Assembly: GCA_045532865.1 (NCBI GenBank)
Contig: JAZSGT010000025.1
Location: 1 to 54,865, forward strand
Length of the DNA: 54,865 nt
DNA from: Alphaproteobacteria bacterium
GTDB taxonomy: Bacteria; Pseudomonadota; Alphaproteobacteria; CAAHEQ01; UBA3637
Reading direction: 5' to 3'
Positions 48,308 to 54,865 of this stretch are shown here, piece after piece. Under the pieces are notes generated by a model. That model did not search any database. It was not told the origin of the DNA and saw nothing but the letters and a program-made list of their open reading frames with translations. Within the stretch, counting starts at the first letter, position 1, and each line of letters begins with the position of its first letter. Position numbers and translations under genes: made by a program.

Positions 48308-50119
48308 ATGGAAAAATATCCAACAAAAAATCAAAAAGTTATAGATTGGGTAAACTCAGTTGCAAAGATAACGGAGCCAGATGAAATTTATTGGTGTGAC
48401 GGAACAGAAAAGGAAAATAAAAAGATTTGTTCACTTTTGGTGGAAAATGGAACTTTTATTCCTTTGAATCCTAAAAAACGTCCCAATAGTTTTTTGGCTC
48501 GTTCAAACCCAAAAGATGTAGCTCGTGTTGAAAGCAGAACATTTATTTGCTCTGAAAAAGAAATTGATGCTGGACCGACAAACAATTGGGCACCTCCTAA
48601 AAAGATGAAGAAAACACTTTCAAAATTAATGAAAGGTTGCATGCGTGGTAGAACTATGTATGTTATTCCATTTTCTATGGGTCCATTGGGTTCAAATATT
48701 GCACAAATAGGGGTTGAGATTACAGACTCCCCTTATGTTGTTGCAAATATGCGTATTATGACACGCATGGGTAAAAAAGTGTGGACTGTTTTAAAAGATA
48801 AAGATTTTGTCCGTTGCTTTCATTCTGTTGGGGCACCTCTTAAAAAAGGCGAAAAAGATGTTGCATGGCCATGTAATCCTGAAAAAACATATATTACGCA
48901 TTTTCCAGAAACAAAAGAAATTATCTCTTTTGGGAGTGGATACGGTGGAAATGCTCTTTTGGGTAAAAAATGTTTGGCATTGCGTATTGCAACGACTATG
49001 GCAAGAGAAGATGGTTGGCTTGCAGAACATATGCTCATTGTAGGACTTAAAAATAAAAAATTGGGATTAACTTCATACGTTGCAGCTGCATTCCCAAGTG
49101 CATGTGGTAAAACAAATATGGCAATGCTTATTCCCCCAAAAGCAATGGCTGATTGGGAAGTTTCAACTGTTGGAGATGATATTGCATGGATTAAACCGGA
49201 TGAAACAGGTCAATTAAGAGCAATTAATCCAGAAGCTGGATTCTTTGGTGTTGCGCCGGGTACTTCAATAAAAACAAATAAAAATGCTGTTGAATCATGT
49301 AGAGCAAATACCATTTTTACAAATGTTGCTTTAACAGATGATGGTGATGTTTGGTGGGAAGGCTTAACTGAAAAGGCTCCAAAACATTTGATTGATTGGC
49401 AAGGGAATGATTGGACACCAGATTGTGGAAGACCAGCAGCACATCCAAATTCACGTTTTACAGCTCCTGCAAGTCAATGTCCATCTATTGATGAAGAATG
49501 GGAAAATCCTGTGGGCGTTCCAATTGATGCATTTATTTTTGGGGGGCGTTTAGCAAGTAACACACCTCTTGTTTATCAATCATATAATTGGCAACATGGT
49601 GTGTTTTTAGCCAGTACAATGGGTTCCGAAAAAACAGCGGCAGCTGAAGGCAAAACAGGAGAAATTAGAAGAGATCCAATGGCCATGTTGCCATTTTGTG
49701 GATACAATATGGGTGATTATTGGTCACATTGGCTTTCAATGGGCGCAAAGCTTGATAAAAAACCACTCATTTTCCGTGTCAACTGGTTCAGAAAAGATAA
49801 GGAAGGACACTTTATGTGGCCTGGGTTTGGTGAAAACATGCGTGTTTTGGAATGGATTGTAAAACGCGTTAATGGGCAAGCAAACGCAACTGAAAGTGTT
49901 TTTGGATATTCTCCACGATATGAAGACTTGAGATGGAAAGGTTTGAGTATGACGGAAGAATGCTTTAATGAATTGATGAGTGTTGATGTTGATATGGCAT
50001 TGTCAGATGTTAAAGCGCAAAGTGATTATTTTAAAACACTTAGAAAACAAAAGCGTCTTCCTCAAGATTTTGAAGCTGAACTTTTGTTGCTTCAAAAACG
50101 ATTGGAAAGAAGAAAATAA
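48308..50119 (+). CDS. pckG: Phosphoenolpyruvate carboxykinase (GTP)
   Basis: About 603 aa with the GTP-PEPCK P-loop FPSACGKTN plus GDDIAWI and NPNSRFTAP. The ATG at 48308 has AGGAGAGGG upstream. Confidence 0.95.
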   Translation: MEKYPTKNQKVIDWVNSVAKITEPDEIYWCDGTEKENKKICSLLVENGTFIPLNPKKRPNSFLARSNPKDVARVESRTFICSEKEIDAGPTNNWAPPKKMKKTLSKLMKGCMRGRTMYVIPFSMGPLGSNIAQIGVEITDSPYVVANMRIMTRMGKKVWTVLKDKDFVRCFHSVGAPLKKGEKDVAWPCNPEKTYITHFPETKEIISFGSGYGGNALLGKKCLALRIATTMAREDGWLAEHMLIVGLKNKKLGLTSYVAAAFPSACGKTNMAMLIPPKAMADWEVSTVGDDIAWIKPDETGQLRAINPEAGFFGVAPGTSIKTNKNAVESCRANTIFTNVALTDDGDVWWEGLTEKAPKHLIDWQGNDWTPDCGRPAAHPNSRFTAPASQCPSIDEEWENPVGVPIDAFIFGGRLASNTPLVYQSYNWQHGVFLASTMGSEKTAAAEGKTGEIRRDPMAMLPFCGYNMGDYWSHWLSMGAKLDKKPLIFRVNWFRKDKEGHFMWPGFGENMRVLEWIVKRVNGQANATESVFGYSPRYEDLRWKGLSMTEECFNELMSVDVDMALSDVKAQSDYFKTLRKQKRLPQDFEAELLLLQKRLERRK

Positions 50120-50149
50120 AAAAGGGGGAGCTAAAAGCTCCCTTTTTTA
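50117..50149. terminator. Bidirectional intrinsic terminator after pckG
   Basis: AAAAAAGGGGGAGC-TAAAA-GCTCCCTTTTTT. Confidence 0.75.
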
Positions 50150-50184
50150 TTGAAAAAAAATTTATTTAAAATGAGTTTTTAAAT

Positions 50185-51531
50185 TTATTTTTGTTGAACA
50201 TAAGCTTTTTGTTGGGGGTCATAAATAAATGTTTCAATGGGGTATGAAGTTTGCTCCCATTTAATTTTTAACATATTTTTATTTTGAACGAGTAGAGTTC
50301 CACAATCTGAAACTTGGCTTCTGCAAAAAATATTTTTATCTTCTTGTTGAATTAAAGTATCTGACCAAGCGTTGTGGATAACTTTATAATGTGTGTTTGA
50401 TAAATATGTGTATACATTTTTTTGAGGATGTTTTTTATATGTGAAAGATTGATTATCTTTTGTTTGAATTGTAATAGAATTATTTTCTTTTTTTAATGTT
50501 ATTTCTTCACCTGTGGATAATTTTATATATTTATTTTCTTTTTTATAAATATAGTCTTCTGTATTCGAGTCAGTGATGTAATATTTTTCGTTTGTTTTAG
50601 GTGGACAAAAAGAATTCTTATAGAAGCTAATATCTTCTTGAGGAACAATTTGTTTTTGCTTGTTGACTGTTTCAATTTTTTCAAGTAAAGCACATTTTTC
50701 ATCTAATGGATAAATAACTTGAATCTCTTTATCCTCAGGTATAAAAAATCTTGAAATAAGTTCTTGATGAATTTTTTTTGAGTTTTTTAACATGTCCTCA
50801 TAATAAGCATTTGAATTTGAAAAATGATATCGAACAAAAGTAAATGGCTCATAGATTGTTAACAACTCTCCACCATTAAATATAAATTGTTTCCAAAAAT
50901 CATAATCTTCAGCTGAAATATAAGATTCATTGTATCGAATATTATGTTTTTGAACAAAACTTTTTTTAAAAATAGCCGCAGCATTAGGAAAAGTATTGTT
51001 GAAGATAAAAGAAATTGCAAAATTATTTTTAACAGGTGTGTATTTGTTCCACTTAAGAATCTCTTGTGCTGAAAGTTTATCTTTTATATCGATTACAGTA
51101 CCACTTAAAGCTACATATTTGGGATTTTCTTCTAATATTTTGATGGATTTTTCAAGTCGGAAAGGAAGAGATTGATCATCTGAATCCATGATTGCAATAT
51201 ATTTTCCTTTTGCTTTATCCATACCTTTATTTCTTGAAAAAGAGATACCTTTATTTTCATCATTGATAAATAATTTTATACGATTATCTTTTTGAGCATA
51301 TTGTTGTGCTATGATAGCAGAAGTGTCTGTTGATGCATCATCAACAATGATTAATTCAAAATCTTTGTAAGTTTGATTTAAAATGGAATCGATTGCTCTT
51401 GGTAGTAAGTCAGCACGGTTGTAAACAGGCATAACAACAGATATAGTAGGTGTTGTGATTTTTTGATATCCATATATACATAATAAAGAAATAAGAGTTG
51501 TTGATGTGATGAGTTTAAATTTATTTTTCAT
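50185..51531 (-). CDS. Glycosyltransferase family 2 with N-terminal anchor and long C-terminal extension
   Basis: VVMPVYNRADLLPRAIDSILNQTYKDFELIIVDDASTD is a canonical GT2 N-terminus. The ATG at 51531 is preferred over the TTG at 51543. Confidence 0.8.
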   Translation of the reverse strand: MKNKFKLITSTTLISLLCIYGYQKITTPTISVVMPVYNRADLLPRAIDSILNQTYKDFELIIVDDASTDTSAIIAQQYAQKDNRIKLFINDENKGISFSRNKGMDKAKGKYIAIMDSDDQSLPFRLEKSIKILEENPKYVALSGTVIDIKDKLSAQEILKWNKYTPVKNNFAISFIFNNTFPNAAAIFKKSFVQKHNIRYNESYISAEDYDFWKQFIFNGGELLTIYEPFTFVRYHFSNSNAYYEDMLKNSKKIHQELISRFFIPEDKEIQVIYPLDEKCALLEKIETVNKQKQIVPQEDISFYKNSFCPPKTNEKYYITDSNTEDYIYKKENKYIKLSTGEEITLKKENNSITIQTKDNQSFTYKKHPQKNVYTYLSNTHYKVIHNAWSDTLIQQEDKNIFCRSQVSDCGTLLVQNKNMLKIKWEQTSYPIETFIYDPQQKAYVQQK

Positions 51532-51792
51532 GTACGATAACAATGGGTTGATATTAAATTTTTTTTATTATCGCAACTTGATTAAAAATGTCAAGATTGT
51601 TTTTGAAACTCCAGATTATGAAGGGAGGAACATAATCTGGAGTAACGGGTTTATTTTTTTGTTAATAACATTTAAAATATGGGGATAAATATAAGCTATT
51701 CAATTGAACTTTGAGTTGTATTCAAAAGGCTTTTTATTTGACTTTTTATGATTTTTTGCTACAATCAAATCAAAAATTTAAGAGAGGAAAAA

Positions 51793-53001
51793 ATGCCAGA
51801 AATTAAATGCCCAAAATGCCAAAATGTTTTTACGGTTGATGAAACAGATTATGCTTTGATTGCATCCCAAATTCGAAATGTTGAATTTGAAAAAGAAATA
51901 AATGAGAAAACAGCTCAAGTTGTGAAAGAAAAAAATCAAGAGTTGCAATTACTTCAAATGAAAATGAATGCTGAAAAAGAAAAAGCTGTTTTTGATATTT
52001 TAAAAGAGGTGGAACGGTTGAAAGCGCAAGTTTCAACTTTTGATAAAGATAAAGCCTTGGCACTAAGTGAGGCATTGGCAATTCAAAAAGAAGAAATCGC
52101 ATTCAAAGAACAAGAAATTTTAAAATTAAAGGGGCAGTTAAATGATTCTCAAAAAGATTCTTTGTTGAGAGAAAAATCTTTGAAAGAAAATTTTGAAGTT
52201 CAGTTAAAAGCAAAGGATGAAACAATTTCTTTTTATAAAGATTTAAAAACAAAAATGTCGACCAAAATGGTTGGGGAAACTTTGGAACAGCATTGTGAAA
52301 TTGAATTTAATAAATTGCGTTCAACAGCGTTTCCAAATGCTTATTTTGAAAAAGATAATGATTCAAAAACGGGGAGTAAAGGGGATTACATTTTTAAAGA
52401 ATCAACAGAAGATGGGATTGAGTTTATCTCCATTATGTTTGAGATGAAAAACGAAATGTCAACAACGGCTACAAAGCACAAAAATGAAGATTTCTTTAAG
52501 GAATTGGATAAGGATAGGAATGAAAAAGGATGTGAATATGCTGTGTTGGTTTCTTTGTTGGAAGCTGATAATGAACTTTATAACACGGGAATTGTTGATG
52601 TTTCGCACAAATACCCAAAAATGTATGTAATTAGGCCACAGTTTTTTATTTCTATGATTTCTTTGCTTAGAAATGCAGCGCTTAATTCTGTTCAATATCG
52701 TAAACAAGTGGCAGAATTTAAAAATCAAAATATCGATATTTCAAAATTTGAAGATGATATGAATGATTTTAAAGATAAGTTTTCACGTAATTTTCAATTA
52801 GCCAGTGATAAATTTAGAAAAGCGATTGACGAAATTGATAAGACCATTGATCATCTTCAAAAAACAAAAGATGCGTTATTATCGTCTGAAAATAACTTGA
52901 GATTGGCGAATAATAGGGCGCAAGATTTAACAGTTAAACGCTTAACAAGGAACAATCCAACCATGAAACAAATGTTTGATGCGTTGAAAAATGAAAATTA
53001 A
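51793..53001 (+). CDS. DUF2130-family protein (zinc-ribbon N-terminus, coiled-coil)
   Basis: MPEIKCPKCQNVFTVDETDY..., a long coiled coil and a C-terminal conserved block (GDYIF...MFEMKNE). SD AGAGAGGAAA lies upstream of the ATG at 51793. Confidence 0.75.
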   Translation: MPEIKCPKCQNVFTVDETDYALIASQIRNVEFEKEINEKTAQVVKEKNQELQLLQMKMNAEKEKAVFDILKEVERLKAQVSTFDKDKALALSEALAIQKEEIAFKEQEILKLKGQLNDSQKDSLLREKSLKENFEVQLKAKDETISFYKDLKTKMSTKMVGETLEQHCEIEFNKLRSTAFPNAYFEKDNDSKTGSKGDYIFKESTEDGIEFISIMFEMKNEMSTTATKHKNEDFFKELDKDRNEKGCEYAVLVSLLEADNELYNTGIVDVSHKYPKMYVIRPQFFISMISLLRNAALNSVQYRKQVAEFKNQNIDISKFEDDMNDFKDKFSRNFQLASDKFRKAIDEIDKTIDHLQKTKDALLSSENNLRLANNRAQDLTVKRLTRNNPTMKQMFDALKNEN

Positions 53002-53085
53002 CATAAAGAAATTTTGTAAAAACAAGGCGTTATTTTAATTTTTTAAGTCTTTTTTACTATTTATTAACTTTTATCTGCTAATCCT

Positions 53086-53120
53086 AAAGTGTAGCTACAC
53101 TTTTGCATAGGTTTATGCAG
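53086..53120. promoter_or_regulatory. Adjacent palindromes upstream of the surface-protein gene
   Basis: A perfect 18-bp palindrome AAAGTGTAGCTACACTTT (53086-53103) and an inverted repeat TGCATA-N4-TATGCA (53105-53120), 30-65 nt upstream of the ATG at 53151. Confidence 0.3.
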
Positions 53121-53150
53121 TATTTTAACGCGTAAAAAAAGAGGTATACC

Positions 53151-54865
53151 ATGAAATTGTCCCGCACTGCCATCAAAGAACTCAAAGCCAGATATTTAGA
53201 TATCTTAAAAAAATGCGCATATCTAAATGCAATTGTTGTTGCAGGCTCGTTGTTTGCTTATTCAGCATCTGCCACAACATTGGGGGACGTTATTCGTTCA
53301 GATGGTGAGGCTGTTTTTGACATTTCACAAAATGGAACGGGGACAGATCCAATTATCTATACAGTAACAGACGCTGACACAGAAACTATTGGTGCAGGGA
53401 ATAAAATAATTCAAGGGACAGCCAATACAGGGCCCACAATTGATCCATCAGATTATGTGTTAAATGGATCTGATTATACAAACTTATTTGATGTAGCCTC
53501 AACAAGTGGAAAGTTAACAGTTCAGGATTTGACAATTAAGGCAGCTTTTGAAATTATTCATGTTGAAGCAGGGGCAGAAGCTAGTTTTAACAATGTTGAT
53601 ATGGTATTTCTTGAAGGGATTCCGGAGTCTGATGCTACAACTATTGGTAATAATGGGACACTTTATTTTACTAACACCTCAACGGATGGAAGAGTTGTAA
53701 ATACTGGAACATTCGTATCCAATGGTGGTACAATATTTAATATTGAGAATGATGGGGTTGCCGAGTTAACAAATACATCTATTGTAGATACGTTGGCTAT
53801 TGGGGGTGGTATTGTCACGTTGACAGGAACAACAGATGAAACAGGACTAACAAATCTTGTCCTAGTTGGTGGGCTGACGGGTGTCGGTCCAGATGCAACT
53901 TTGAATGCAAAAAATACTCTCTTTCAGAGTGTTGAAAATATGGGGATTCTTACCACTGAAAATGGTTCAATTGCAAGTTTAAGTAACACAAGTGGGACAG
54001 CAAGTTTAACAGATACAGCCATTCAAAATACATTAGATGTGACAGGTGGAACAGTTACATTAATAGGTACGACAAATCCACTCGCTGTTGGAGGGGATAC
54101 AACCATTTCATCTGGTGCGACATTAAATGCCACAAATGCGTCATTACAAGCAGTCGAAAACGCTGGTGTATTAGATACAAATTTATCAACAATCGCTTCT
54201 GTTACAAATAATAATAGTTTTGATTCTGATGGTGATACAATTGGTATATTAACCAACACATTAAATGCAAAATTATCAAGTACGAATGTTACAGACATAC
54301 TCACAAATAGTGGCACATTAACGGCATCTGGTGGCACAATTGAAAGTTTAACAAACACAGGTGGAACAGCAACTTTAACATCGGCTCAAATTAGTGGGAC
54401 ATTAGATGTAACAGCTGGAACGGTTGATTTAAGTGGTATAACAGTTGATGGAAAAACAACAGTTGGAGCTAATGCCTCTTTGACGACTCAAAACAATGCG
54501 ATTTTATCCACAGTTGAAAATGCAGGGACATTGTTAGCAACTAATAGTTCAATGACAGAGTTGACCAACACAGGTGGGACAGCAAGTTTAACAGATACAG
54601 CTATTCAAAATGCATTAGATGTGACAGGTGGAACGGTTACATTAGAAGGAATAATAGATGGGGCTTCTTCTGTTGGAGGAGATACAACCATTTCATCTGG
54701 GGCGACATTAAATGCCACAAAAGCGTCATTACAAGCTGTTGAAAGTGCTGGTGTATTAGATACAAATTTATCAACAATCGCTTCTGTTACAAATAATAAT
54801 AGTTTTGATTCTGATGGTGATACAATTGGTATATTAACCAACACATTAAATGCAAAATTATCAAG
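53151..54865 (+). CDS. Large repeat-rich secreted/surface protein (autotransporter- or adhesin-like passenger), 5' partial; runs off window end
   Basis: I translated by hand from the ATG at 53151 (SD AAGAGG) and found no stop codon through 54865. The N-terminus has a long signal-like region (MKLSRTAIKELKARYLDILKKCAYLNAIVVAGSLFAYSASA). The remainder is Thr/Asn/Gly-rich with degenerate repeats (..TNTGGTASLTDTAIQN.LDVTGGTVTL..). It is absent from the ORF track because it has no stop. Confidence 0.75.
   Translation, partial: MKLSRTAIKELKARYLDILKKCAYLNAIVVAGSLFAYSASATTLGDVIRSDGEAVFDISQNGTGTDPIIYTVTDADTETIGAGNKIIQGTANTGPTIDPSDYVLNGSDYTNLFDVASTSGKLTVQDLTIKAAFEIIHVEAGAEASFNNVDMVFLEGIPESDATTIGNNGTLYFTNTSTDGRVVNTGTFVSNGGTIFNIENDGVAELTNTSIVDTLAIGGGIVTLTGTTDETGLTNLVLVGGLTGVGPDATLNAKNTLFQSVENMGILTTENGSIASLSNTSGTASLTDTAIQNTLDVTGGTVTLIGTTNPLAVGGDTTISSGATLNATNASLQAVENAGVLDTNLSTIASVTNNNSFDSDGDTIGILTNTLNAKLSSTNVTDILTNSGTLTASGGTIESLTNTGGTATLTSAQISGTLDVTAGTVDLSGITVDGKTTVGANASLTTQNNAILSTVENAGTLLATNSSMTELTNTGGTASLTDTAIQNALDVTGGTVTLEGIIDGASSVGGDTTISSGATLNATKASLQAVESAGVLDTNLSTIASVTNNNSFDSDGDTIGILTNTLNAKLS
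53985..54865 (+). repeat. Near-identical ~300-bp direct repeat modules within the surface-protein gene
   Basis: 53985-54280 and 54567-54865 align at an in-frame offset of 582/585 bp. I count about 12 substitutions plus one divergent 24/27-nt block. The last ~125 nt of each copy are identical. Confidence 0.85.

Noticed and set aside
48125-48334. A 70-aa N-terminal extension of the bamD ORF ([16 protein letters not shown]...).
   Set aside because: A typical lipoprotein signal with the lipobox LAAC begins at the internal ATG at 48124. The extension overlaps the pckG start region on the other strand and looks non-coding.
54023-54844. Minus-strand ORFs 54023-54358 and 54605-54844, which share near-identical peptides.
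   Set aside because: They are antisense to the long plus-strand surface-protein ORF. Their similarity only mirrors the internal DNA repeat. They have no RBS and their composition is that of an antisense frame.

Overview
This is an AT-rich bacterial chromosomal window. Its gene content and local synteny (rpmF-plsX-fabH-ihfA-merR, bamD-recN-ligA, ybaB-recR, groES-groEL, lepA) look alphaproteobacterial and possibly host-associated or endosymbiont-like; that placement is inference only, since no database search was possible. Most of the window is housekeeping: the class III ribonucleotide reductase operon nrdD/nrdG, rnhB, an M16 peptidase, rsmE, groESL, lepA, ybaB, recR, zapA, a ymdB-like gene, yebC, ruvC, ampD, terC, a family-4 UDG, ihfA, fabH, plsX, rpmF, ligA, recN, bamD and GTP-dependent PEPCK. 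Envelope and glycan genes are also present: a GT11 fucosyltransferase, two GT2 enzymes, an EptA-like transferase, an APH/choline-kinase-like kinase and an ELM1-like protein. Several hypothetical secreted or coiled-coil proteins complete the set. The standout is a complete, compact type II-C CRISPR-Cas9 module at about 18.1-24.9 kb, between lepA and ybaB-recR. It consists of a predicted minus-strand tracrRNA with its own promoter and terminator, cas9 (1138 aa from the ATG at 18348), cas1, cas2 and a 27-repeat, 26-spacer array. Read on the minus strand, every repeat contains a full sigma70 promoter (TTGACA-N16-TGcTACAAT), and a minus-strand terminator sits between the array and cas2. Other items worth a second look: NrdD's glycyl-radical segment is encoded as a separate 61-codon ORF with its own strong Shine-Dalgarno sequence; one protein fuses an RsbW-like kinase domain, a REC domain and a PP2C phosphatase; an 11-codon Cys-Gly micro-ORF has its own promoter, SD and terminator; and a large repeat-rich surface-protein gene runs off the 3' end and contains near-identical internal modules. 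I found no rRNA, tRNA, transposase or integrase genes.
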